From Paracoccaceae bacterium (GTDB taxonomy: Bacteria; Pseudomonadota; Alphaproteobacteria; Rhodobacterales; Rhodobacteraceae): 64,000 nucleotides of DNA. Every line of letters starts with the position of its first letter. Position 1 is the stretch's first letter. A program made the position numbers and the translations under genes. Shown here piece by piece: positions 55,401 to 63,143 of the stretch. The notes beneath the pieces are model-generated. The model saw only the letters and a program-made list of their open reading frames with translations, did no database searches and had not been told where the DNA came from. The stretch spans positions 188,102-252,101 of the forward strand of contig CBCYME010000010.1 of the NCBI GenBank assembly GCA_965183835.1, in the 5' to 3' direction.

Positions 55401-56774
55401 ATGCGCATGACAACGATTTCAACACGCAAGCGGATTTGGGGTTGGTGGTTCTTTGACTGGGCCAGCCAACCGTTTCACACGCTGCTGGTCACCTTTATTT
55501 TCGGCCCTTTTTTTGCCGGGGTCGCTGCGGGTTATTTCATCGAAGCCGGTTTTGATAACCAAGCCGCTGCTGCCAAAGCCCAAAGCGTCTGGTCGCTGTG
55601 CCTGACAATCACCGGATTGCTGATCGGTTTTGGCGCACCGTTAATTGGGGCCTTGGCCGATGTAACGGGGCGCAGAATTCCGTGGATCTTTGGGTTTTCG
55701 GTGATGTACGTTCTGGGGTCGGCCATGTTGTGGTACACCGCGCCGGACGGATCAAACATGTGGCTGATGCTGTCCGCTTTTGGGTTGGGATTTGTTGGCG
55801 CAGAATACGCGCTGATTTTCATCAACTCCCAACTTCCAGAACTGGGAGACCCGAGCGAGGTCGGCGAAATCTCGGGGTCCGGGTTTGCCTTTGGCTATTT
55901 CGGTGGACTTGTGTCGCTCGCCATTATGTTGCTGATGTTTGTGGAACAGCCCAACGGCAAAACACTGATCGGATTGGATCCGTTTTTCGGGTTTGATGCC
56001 GCGCAGAAAGAAGGCACGCGCTTTGTCGGGCCGATGACGGCTGCTTGGTACATGATCTTTATGATCCCGTATTTCCTGTGGGTTCGCGACGCCAAGGCAA
56101 CCGGAAAACGTGGATCGTTTTCACAGGCGCTTGGCGTTTTAGGGAAATCTATCTCCAACCTCAAAACCCGTGTCAGCCTGCGCAGCTATCTTGGGTCGTC
56201 GATGTTCTATCGGGACGCCTTGAACGGGCTTTACGGGTTTGGCGGGGTCTATGCCAAGCTGGTGTTGGAATGGGACATCGTCAAAATCGGCGTGTTCGGG
56301 ATCATCAGCGTTTTAGCCGCCTCAATCTTTGCATGGATTGGCGGCAAGATGGACAAACGTTTTGGTCCCAAACCGGTCATCATCGTGGCGATTTGGGTCC
56401 TCATCTTTGTCTGCACAACGATCATCAGCATGGACCGCACACAGGTGTTTGGCATTCAAATCGCGCCCGGATCAAACCTGCCGGATCTGCTGTTTTTCGG
56501 CTGCGGTATCCTGATTGGCGGCATGGGGGGCATCCTGCAAGCGTCAAGCCGCAGCCTGATGGTGCGCCATTCTGATCCCGAAACACCGACCGAAAGCTTT
56601 GGTTTATATGGTCTTTCGGGCCGTGCGACAGCGTTTATGGCCCCTATGCTGATCGGCATCGCCACAACAATGACAGGCAGCGCGCGATTGGGGGTTTCCC
56701 CAGTCATCGGGTTGTTTATCATCGGCCTTATCTTGTTACATTGGGTCAAACCCGAAGGAGATGGTTCCGAGTGA
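55401..56774 (+). CDS. MFS transporter (UMF1/Atg22-like)
   Basis: ~457-aa ORF with 12 predicted helices. The N-terminus is M(RM)TTISTRKRIWGWWFFDWASQPF. The start is ATG 55401 or 55407. Confidence 0.8.
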   Translation: MRMTTISTRKRIWGWWFFDWASQPFHTLLVTFIFGPFFAGVAAGYFIEAGFDNQAAAAKAQSVWSLCLTITGLLIGFGAPLIGALADVTGRRIPWIFGFSVMYVLGSAMLWYTAPDGSNMWLMLSAFGLGFVGAEYALIFINSQLPELGDPSEVGEISGSGFAFGYFGGLVSLAIMLLMFVEQPNGKTLIGLDPFFGFDAAQKEGTRFVGPMTAAWYMIFMIPYFLWVRDAKATGKRGSFSQALGVLGKSISNLKTRVSLRSYLGSSMFYRDALNGLYGFGGVYAKLVLEWDIVKIGVFGIISVLAASIFAWIGGKMDKRFGPKPVIIVAIWVLIFVCTTIISMDRTQVFGIQIAPGSNLPDLLFFGCGILIGGMGGILQASSRSLMVRHSDPETPTESFGLYGLSGRATAFMAPMLIGIATTMTGSARLGVSPVIGLFIIGLILLHWVKPEGDGSE

Positions 56775-57646
56775 GAGTTCCCCGTTTTGTTTTGTTTTCT
56801 TGTTTCCTGCTGGCACTGACAACGCCTGCACTTGCCGAACCTCTGGCCAAATCTCTGTTCGGTGCAAAAACCACCGGGTCACAGCAAACCGCAGCCCCGT
56901 TCGGCAGCTACGCCAAGGGCTGTGTTGCCGGGGCCGTTCAGTTGCCAGAAACTGGGCCAACGTGGCAGGCGATGCGCTTGTCGAGAAATCGAAACTGGGG
57001 TCACCCCGAAACCATCGACTATATCAAAAAGCTCAGCACCTTTGCGCGTAATCAGCGCGGGTGGAGCGGGTTGTATATCGGAGACATCAGCCAACCCCGT
57101 GGCGGGCCAATGTTGTCAGGACATCGCAGCCACCAGATTGGTCTGGATATCGATATTTGGATGCGCCCAGCCAACAATCTGAACCTGTCGCGCAAACACC
57201 GCGAGAACATTTCCTCTATCTCACTGCGCCGATCCAAAGGCGCCTTTGTCAACAACAACTGGACGCCGCAGCATCATGCGATCCTGCGCGCCGCCGCCAA
57301 GGACAAGAGAGTTGCGCGGATTTTCGTGTTTCCCGGCGCCAAGGTCCAGATGTGCAAGGATGAAAAGGGCAACCGCAAATGGTTGCGCAAAATCCGTCCT
57401 TGGTATGGTCACCACTACCACTTTCATGTCCGGCTCAAATGCCCCCGGGGTATGAAAGGCTGTGTCAACCAAGCCGCGCCGCCCAAAGGGGATGGATGTG
57501 CCGATGCCCAAAAGTGGGTGAACGACATTCTGAGCCCACCCCCACCAAAGCCGCGGGATCCCAACGCACCACCACCTAAGCGCCGTCGTGAATACGTTCT
57601 GTCTGATTTGCCAAAACAATGTCGTTCCGTCTTAAAGTCGCAGTAA
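56771..57646 (+). CDS. mepA: Penicillin-insensitive murein endopeptidase
   Basis: GTG 56771 overlaps the MFS stop (GTGA) and gives the signal peptide (M)RVPRFVLFSCFLLALTTPALA. MepA motifs are present (RNWGHPE, HRSHQIGLDIDIW, HHYHFHVRL). Confidence 0.8.
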   Translation: MRVPRFVLFSCFLLALTTPALAEPLAKSLFGAKTTGSQQTAAPFGSYAKGCVAGAVQLPETGPTWQAMRLSRNRNWGHPETIDYIKKLSTFARNQRGWSGLYIGDISQPRGGPMLSGHRSHQIGLDIDIWMRPANNLNLSRKHRENISSISLRRSKGAFVNNNWTPQHHAILRAAAKDKRVARIFVFPGAKVQMCKDEKGNRKWLRKIRPWYGHHYHFHVRLKCPRGMKGCVNQAAPPKGDGCADAQKWVNDILSPPPPKPRDPNAPPPKRRREYVLSDLPKQCRSVLKSQ

Positions 57647-58503
57647 TTCTGGCGGTTCTGCTGAGCAGTTCAGCCATGGCTGTCAGCACGCCCCATGCCG
57701 TTTTGCTTGGCACCTTCCCCTGGAAGGGCAAGCAGGCGTGGTTTGGCGGGTTTTCCGCGCTTGAAATGGCACCTGATGGGGGGTCGATGACCGTCCTCAG
57801 CGACCGGTCCACAATTGCGACCGCGCGTGTCCTGAGAGACGGGGATCAAATCACATCCGTACAGTTCACGGCCAGCAATAAGTTGCGGTCCAGCAAGAAC
57901 AAGATCCTATCCGGGCGCGCAGGGGACTCTGAGGGGTTGGTTGTCACCGCAAACGGGGATCTTTTCATTTCCTTTGAAGGCGTGCACCGGGTCGCGAAAT
58001 ACGACACCCTATCCGGTGTGTCCAAAGTCCTGCCTCGTCCCAAGGCGTTTCGCACGCTCGCCAAAAACGGCTCGTTTGAATCGCTGGCAATGGATGGGCA
58101 GGGGCGGCTTTACACCATGCCCGAGGCCAATCGCGACATTAATGGCGATATCCCGGTCTATCGCTGGGATGGTCGGCGCTGGTCGACCCCATTCAGCCTG
58201 CCAGCAACCGATGGATTCTTGCCGGTGGGGGCTGATTTCGATGCGCAGGGCCGGCTGTATGTCTTGGAGCGTGGCACATCCATGCTTGGCTTTCGCAGTC
58301 AGCTGAGGCGATGGACAATCACCAACGCTGGCCTTTCTCAGCCGGAAACCCTGTTGAAAACCGGGTCAGGGGTTCATGACAATCTAGAGGGTGTTTCAAT
58401 CTGGCGAGATGACCGCAATCGGTTGCGGGCGACCATGGTGTCGGACGACAATTTTCTGTTCGTGCAGCGCACCGAGTTGGTGGAATACGTCCTGCCCAAC
58501 TGA
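57619..58503 (+). CDS. Secreted 'esterase-like activity of phytase' family protein
   Basis: 294-aa ORF with a signal peptide (MSFRLKVAVILAVLLSSSAMA). Beta-propeller-like repeats are present (GGFSALE, DSEGL, NLEGVS). It overlaps the mepA 3' end by 28 nt. Confidence 0.7.
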   Translation: MSFRLKVAVILAVLLSSSAMAVSTPHAVLLGTFPWKGKQAWFGGFSALEMAPDGGSMTVLSDRSTIATARVLRDGDQITSVQFTASNKLRSSKNKILSGRAGDSEGLVVTANGDLFISFEGVHRVAKYDTLSGVSKVLPRPKAFRTLAKNGSFESLAMDGQGRLYTMPEANRDINGDIPVYRWDGRRWSTPFSLPATDGFLPVGADFDAQGRLYVLERGTSMLGFRSQLRRWTITNAGLSQPETLLKTGSGVHDNLEGVSIWRDDRNRLRATMVSDDNFLFVQRTELVEYVLPN

Positions 58504-58560
58504 CTTGCGAAAATCAGCCAAGACGTTTAAAGGGAGCGCTTGCTCGGATCTATGACCGGG

Positions 58561-58592
58561 CCAAGTCGCCGCTACCTTGCAAAAACGGGCAT
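58561..58592 (+). promoter_or_regulatory. Candidate class-I preQ1 riboswitch in the yhhQ leader
   Basis: The leader reads CCAAG-UCGCCGCUAC-CUUG-CAAAAAC-GGGC. P1 is CAAG/CUUG, the loop starts UCGC, and an A-rich tail follows. The 3' GGC can pair with the loop GCC and overlaps the presumptive SD 8 nt before ATG 58598. Confidence 0.4.
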
Positions 58593-58597
58593 ACAAA

Positions 58598-59227
58598 ATG
58601 ACACGCGCACATCTCCCTGGCATTCTTGCCATGGCCATCATCGTGGTGGCCTCGAATATTCTGGTACAGTTCCTGTTCGGCCAATGGCTGACCTGGGGTG
58701 CCTTTACTTATCCCCTCGCTTTTCTGGTCACTGACCTGATGAACCGCGTTTATGGCGCAGGTCCTGCTCGCAAAGTTGTTGTAATCGGCTTTGTCGTGGG
58801 TTTGATCTGCTCTTTGATCGGCACGCAAATCATGGGCGAATATGGCCCATTGGTCACGCTTCGCATCGCTCTGGGGTCTAGCCTCGCCTTCCTGACGGCT
58901 CAATTGGTTGACGTCAGCGTCTTTGCCGCCCTGCGCAAGGGCGCATGGTGGCGGGCGCCTTTGGCCTCAACCCTTGTGGGGTCGACACTGGACACGGCGC
59001 TGTTCTTTTCCATCGCATTTTCAGCACAGCTGATGTGGCTGGAACCGGGCAACGACGTCAGCTGGGCAAACGAAGCCCTGCCGATCTTGGGCATGGGACC
59101 GGTTGCGCCGCTTTGGGTGTCACTGGCAACAGCTGACTGGATGGTGAAGTTGTCACTGGCCCTGTTGGCGCTGATCCCATTCCGGATGATCGTCGCTTAT
59201 CTGGATCCGGCCAAACGCACCGCTTAA
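58598..59227 (+). CDS. yhhQ: Queuosine precursor (preQ0/preQ1) transporter, YhhQ/DUF165 family
   Basis: ~209-aa polytopic ORF; a TTG at 58577 is an alternative start. YhhQ-type motifs are present (YPLAFLVTDLMNRVYG, SSLAFLTAQLVDVSVF, LDTALFFSIAF). Confidence 0.85.
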   Translation: MTRAHLPGILAMAIIVVASNILVQFLFGQWLTWGAFTYPLAFLVTDLMNRVYGAGPARKVVVIGFVVGLICSLIGTQIMGEYGPLVTLRIALGSSLAFLTAQLVDVSVFAALRKGAWWRAPLASTLVGSTLDTALFFSIAFSAQLMWLEPGNDVSWANEALPILGMGPVAPLWVSLATADWMVKLSLALLALIPFRMIVAYLDPAKRTA

Positions 59228-59286
59228 AATTACCGCTTGGTGATTTTCCAATCCCATGGCAAGCTCACCTTGAGTTCAACAAATGA

Positions 59287-59424
59287 AAAGGAGGTGATCC
59301 AGTGTCAAGAAAGGTATTGGAGAGAGGCGTCGGAACAATTCAGGAGAGCACCCGTTAGGGCAATCCCTGGCGCAGCGCGCCACCTGAATTGATCTGAGAT
59401 CAGGTCTAACCGACCCGACCTCCT
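59287..59424 (+). ncRNA. Candidate structured RNA / leader with a 16-nt super-Shine-Dalgarno and internal anti-SD mimic (unclassified)
   Basis: AAAGGAGGTGATCCAG (59287-59302) complements the 16S 3' tail. Helices are 59289-59295/59418-59424 and 59336-59344/59383-59391, with small hairpins at 59357-59368 and 59369-59381. A GTG sORF spans 59302-59358. I recognise no known family. Confidence 0.3.
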
Positions 59425-59437
59425 GAAAACTTTCGAA

Positions 59438-59464
59438 GGGCCACCTGCACGGGTGGCCCTTTTT
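59438..59464 (+). terminator. Rho-independent terminator
   Basis: GGGCCACC-TGCACG-GGTGGCCC followed by TTTTT. It ends 30 nt upstream of the arfB ATG. Confidence 0.8.
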
Positions 59465-59494
59465 GATTGCAACACAACAGTCTATGGTCGCGCC

Positions 59495-59914
59495 ATGTTG
59501 CGGATCACAGACACCATACTCATCCAAGATTGGGAACTGAGCGAAAGCTTTATGCGGGCCTCGGGCCCTGGCGGGCAGAACGTGAACAAAGTCTCGTCTG
59601 CAGTCGAGTTGCGGTTCGAGGCGGAACGGTCGCCTGCCCTGCCCATCCCGGTCAAAAACCGGCTGCGTCGCCTTGCTGGACGACGGTGGACCAAGGATGG
59701 CGCGATTATCCTGCAATGCGATGAAACCCGTTCGCAGACACGCAATCGCGAAATCATTCGCGAACGGTTGGTCGCCCTCATTACCCAAGCACTGGTCGCC
59801 CCCAAACGCCGTATCGCAACCAAACCCACCAAGGGATCCCAACGTCGTCGCATCGCATCGAAAAAGGCGCGCGGCGAGATCAAGGCCCTGCGCGGTAAAG
59901 TCGGCGACGAATAG
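59495..59914 (+). CDS. arfB: Alternative ribosome-rescue factor ArfB (peptidyl-tRNA hydrolase, class-I RF domain)
   Basis: ATG 59495 gives MLRITDTILIQDWELSESFMRASGPGGQNVNKV, which contains the GGQ motif. The C-terminal tail is basic (KRRIATKPTKGSQRRRIASKKARGEIK). Confidence 0.88.
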   Translation: MLRITDTILIQDWELSESFMRASGPGGQNVNKVSSAVELRFEAERSPALPIPVKNRLRRLAGRRWTKDGAIILQCDETRSQTRNREIIRERLVALITQALVAPKRRIATKPTKGSQRRRIASKKARGEIKALRGKVGDE

Positions 59915-59979
59915 GCTGGCGTCTCAGTCTGGGACTGCTAGGGTCATCCCCGAGTCGCACTTTAGGGGAGGTGAAGCAT

Positions 59980-60726
59980 ATGAGACTGCACGGAAAAACA
60001 GCAATCGTTACAGGTGGCGCATCGGGCTTCGGCGCCGGTATTGTCGCTAAATTTGTGTCCGAGGGCGCGCATGTGATGATCGCTGATATCAATGGCGAGG
60101 CCGCCGAAAAAGTGGCCGCTCAGATGGATGGGGATGCCTTTGCCCATCAGGTTGATGTTGGCAACGGAACCTCGGTCGAACACATGGCTGAAACCGCCAT
60201 TCGCACCATGGGGCACGTCGATATTCTGGTGAACAATGCAGGCATCACACATATGCCCACCCCGCTCGAAGACGTCAGCGAAAGTGATTTCGACCGCGTC
60301 TTTAACGTGAACATGAAGTCCGTGTATTTCACCGCGCGCGCCTTAGTTCCGCATATGAAAGAGCGCGGCAAAGGCGCGATCCTGAACGTTGCATCGACTG
60401 CTGGCGTGTCCCCGCGTCCCAACCTGAATTGGTACAATGCCTCTAAGGGTTGGATGATCACGGCAACCCGCACCATGGCGGTGGAACTGGCCCCCTCTGG
60501 CGTGCGCGTGAATGCGCTGAATCCCGTGGCTGGGGAAACCCCGTTGCTCAAGTCATTTATGGGCGAAGATACCCCGGAAATGCGTGCCAAATTCCTGTCC
60601 ACTATCCCGTTGGGCCGGTTTTCAACGCCCGAGGATATGGGCAATGCCGCCTGCTATCTCTGTTCTGACGAAGCCGGAATGATCACAGGCGTCGCGATGG
60701 AAGTTGACGGCGGTCGTTGCATCTAA
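59980..60726 (+). CDS. SDR family oxidoreductase (FabG/glucose 1-dehydrogenase-like)
   Basis: ATG 59980 lies 8 nt after GGAGG. The motifs TGGASGFG, NNAG and Y-x3-K (YNASKGW) are present. Confidence 0.88.
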   Translation: MRLHGKTAIVTGGASGFGAGIVAKFVSEGAHVMIADINGEAAEKVAAQMDGDAFAHQVDVGNGTSVEHMAETAIRTMGHVDILVNNAGITHMPTPLEDVSESDFDRVFNVNMKSVYFTARALVPHMKERGKGAILNVASTAGVSPRPNLNWYNASKGWMITATRTMAVELAPSGVRVNALNPVAGETPLLKSFMGEDTPEMRAKFLSTIPLGRFSTPEDMGNAACYLCSDEAGMITGVAMEVDGGRCI

Positions 60727-60751
60727 TCCAAACCACTAAAGGACGCTCTTT

Positions 60752-61771
60752 ATGATCCCCGGCCCTAGCAATCTGATCACTGACGTTCCCGGCCTTTTGG
60801 TGGGGAATGCGCAGGATGACGCCCTCAAATCTGGCGCGACCGTTTTGACGGCTGCGGAGCCGTTTGTGGCCTCGGTGCATGTGATGGGCGGGGCGCCGGG
60901 ATCGCGGGAGACGGACCTGTTGGCCCCAGATAAATCAGTGGCCAAAATTGATGCGCTGACCCTGGCCGGGGGATCGGCCTATGGGTTGGATGCCTGTTCT
61001 GGTGTTTCGGATGCGTTGCGGGCCCAAGGGCGCGGGTACAAGGTGGCCGAGGCAATCATTCCTATCGTTCCCGGGGCGATCATTTTTGACCTTTTGAACG
61101 GGGGCAACAAAGATTGGGACGACAACCCGTACCGGGCTTTGGGGCGTGCTGCGTTTGAAGCAGCCGGTACCGATTTCGCCCTAGGAACTGTAGGGGCCGG
61201 AACGGGCGCCCTGACAGCAATGTTAAAAGGCGGATTAGGCTCTGCCTCTCTGGTTCTGGACAGCGGAATAACTGTGGCTGCCTTGGTCGCGGCCAACCCG
61301 ATGGGCAGCGTCACCACCCCCGGAGATCGCCATTTCTGGGCGGCTCCGTTTGAGGTTGATGGCGAATTTGGCGGCATTGGACCCGACCCTGCCGCCGGTT
61401 TGGGGCGCGTGCTGGAAAGCCGAAAGATGAAGACCATGCAGGGGCAGGCACAGGATCGGGCAAACACAACAATTGCCATCGTCGCCACCGATGCCATTTT
61501 GTCAAAGGCGCAATGCCAACGGGTGGCTGTTGCGGCCCATGATGGCATTGCACGTGCCGTAGTACCGGCCCACTCGCCAGGGGATGGGGATCTGGTCTTT
61601 GCGCTCAGCACCAGCGCCCAAGAGATGGCCGTGCCAGAACGGGATCTGACGCATATCGGACATGCAGCATCGATCTGCCTGAGCCGCGCGATTGCCCGGG
61701 GCATCCATCTGGCTACACCCGCAGCCGGGGACCCCTTATTGTGTTGGTCACAAGCAAATCCCAACGCCTGA
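60752..61771 (+). CDS. P1 family peptidase (DmpA/S58 aminopeptidase-like)
   Basis: 339-aa ORF with DmpA-like blocks (ITDVPGLLVGNAQD, GATVL, LAGGSAYGL, NTTIAIVATDA). Confidence 0.8.
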   Translation: MIPGPSNLITDVPGLLVGNAQDDALKSGATVLTAAEPFVASVHVMGGAPGSRETDLLAPDKSVAKIDALTLAGGSAYGLDACSGVSDALRAQGRGYKVAEAIIPIVPGAIIFDLLNGGNKDWDDNPYRALGRAAFEAAGTDFALGTVGAGTGALTAMLKGGLGSASLVLDSGITVAALVAANPMGSVTTPGDRHFWAAPFEVDGEFGGIGPDPAAGLGRVLESRKMKTMQGQAQDRANTTIAIVATDAILSKAQCQRVAVAAHDGIARAVVPAHSPGDGDLVFALSTSAQEMAVPERDLTHIGHAASICLSRAIARGIHLATPAAGDPLLCWSQANPNA

Positions 61772-61882
61772 AACTAAGACCAAAGTGGCTGCGACACAGT
61801 GCCTGCACGTGGCAATCTGCCGGTTGACTCTTGGTCTACTTGCGCTCTTTTTTGCCACAGCTATTTTGTTAGGAGACTAGCC

Positions 61883-62338
61883 ATGAACCGTATCGTTGCG
61901 ACCGTGATCGTGGGACTGTTGGCATTCCCGGCTCTGGCCGAAGGTGACGCCGTAAAAGGTAAAAAAGCATTCAACAAATGCAAAGCCTGCCACACCATCG
62001 TATCTGATGAAGGCGAAACCATCATCAAAGGCGGTAAAACAGGCCCGAACCTGTATGGCGTTGTTGGCCGCGCGGCTGGCTCTGTCGACGGTTTCAAGTA
62101 TGGCAAAAGCCTTGCTGCAGCCGGCGAAAAGGGTCTTGTTTGGGACGAGGAAACATTTGTTGCCTATTCCAAAAACCCCAAGGATTTTCTTAAATCCTAC
62201 TTGGATGACAGCAAAGCCAAATCGAAAATGTCGTTCAAGCTGAAAAAGGGTGGCGAAGACGTCTTTGCCTATCTCAGCAGCATCGCGCCTGCCCCTGCCG
62301 CCGCCGAAGACGCGGATGCAGAACAGCCTGCGGACTAA
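61883..62338 (+). CDS. Cytochrome c (class I, c2/c550-like) with an acidic Ala/Glu-rich C-terminal tail
   Basis: ATG 61883 has AGGAG upstream. The signal peptide is MNRIVATVIVGLLAFPALA, the heme motif is CKACH, and a distal Met context is present (KMSFKL). Confidence 0.85.
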   Translation: MNRIVATVIVGLLAFPALAEGDAVKGKKAFNKCKACHTIVSDEGETIIKGGKTGPNLYGVVGRAAGSVDGFKYGKSLAAAGEKGLVWDEETFVAYSKNPKDFLKSYLDDSKAKSKMSFKLKKGGEDVFAYLSSIAPAPAAAEDADAEQPAD

Positions 62339-62358
62339 GCCAATACCCACTGAATTCC

Positions 62359-62385
62359 GAAAGGCCGCACCCCCTGCGGCCTTTC
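62359..62385 (+). terminator. Hairpin terminator after the cytochrome c gene
   Basis: GAAAGGCCGCA-CCCCC-TGCGGCCTTTC, 21 nt after the stop. Confidence 0.6.
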
Positions 62386-62545
62386 GTGCGCTTGATTGGT
62401 GACCAGATCATTGCCACGTTAGAAAAAACGCAGGGTCAACTTAGATCTTTTGCACCCCAATCACTGCAGCGATCACAATGACACACCTTCAACATCCGTC
62501 TTGCCAAAGCCCCCGTTTGCAAACAGCGGCTTCAGGAGCATCGAC

Positions 62546-63088
62546 ATGGGTATCATGATCCCCGCGTGGGTCGATGGAGAACTCGCCCCCGTTGATAAAC
62601 TGGAAGCCCACGAAAAGGGTCTGAAACACAAAGCCGTTTCGGTTTTTGTGGTGCGTGGCATGGATATTCTGATTCAGCAGCGCGCAATGGGGAAATATCA
62701 TACACCCGGATTGTGGGCGAACACCTGTTGCACGCACCCCGATTGGGATGAACCCTCTTCGACCTGCGCCGTGCGGCGGCTGGACGAAGAGCTGGGCATA
62801 ACCGGACTTTACCCCGAATTCCGGCATCGGTTGGAATACCATGCGGATGTGGGCAACGGCATGGTTGAAAACGAAGTTGTGGATGTGTTTCTGGCCCATG
62901 CACGCGGAAATTTACCGTTCACACCAAACCCCGAAGAGATCATGAATACGCGCTGGATCGACTATCATGATCTTCTGGCCGAAGTGCGCCGCCATCCCGA
63001 ACGGTTCACGCCTTGGCTTAAAATTTACCTCCATAACCATGCAGATACGATCTTTGGACCTGATCTGATCATTTCTGCCAAAGCCTAA
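62546..63088 (+). CDS. idi: Isopentenyl-diphosphate delta-isomerase, type 1 (Nudix)
   Basis: ATG 62546 has CAGGAG upstream. IDI-1 motifs are present (GLKHKAVSVFV, LIQQRAMGKYHTPGLWANTCCTHP, NEVVDVFL). Confidence 0.88.
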   Translation: MGIMIPAWVDGELAPVDKLEAHEKGLKHKAVSVFVVRGMDILIQQRAMGKYHTPGLWANTCCTHPDWDEPSSTCAVRRLDEELGITGLYPEFRHRLEYHADVGNGMVENEVVDVFLAHARGNLPFTPNPEEIMNTRWIDYHDLLAEVRRHPERFTPWLKIYLHNHADTIFGPDLIISAKA

Positions 63089-63143
63089 GACTTGCCGCCC
63101 GCCCTATTCGCTGGTTGTGTGTTGGCAACGTGGGAGAGAGACA

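Noticed and set aside
59287-59302. A possible 16S rRNA gene fragment or rRNA pseudogene, because the sequence equals the complement of the 16S 3' end
   Set aside because: The identity stops after 16 nt: the next bases are TGTCAAG, not the CCGCAGG expected. The orientation is antisense to rRNA, and no other rRNA-like sequence is nearby.
59317-59417. Resemblance to glycine (GGAGAG...CACC...) and TPP (CUGAGA...ACCUGA) riboswitch cores
   Set aside because: Only short fragments match. The order and spacing of the conserved blocks do not fit either consensus, and the genetic context (yhhQ/arfB) is wrong for both.
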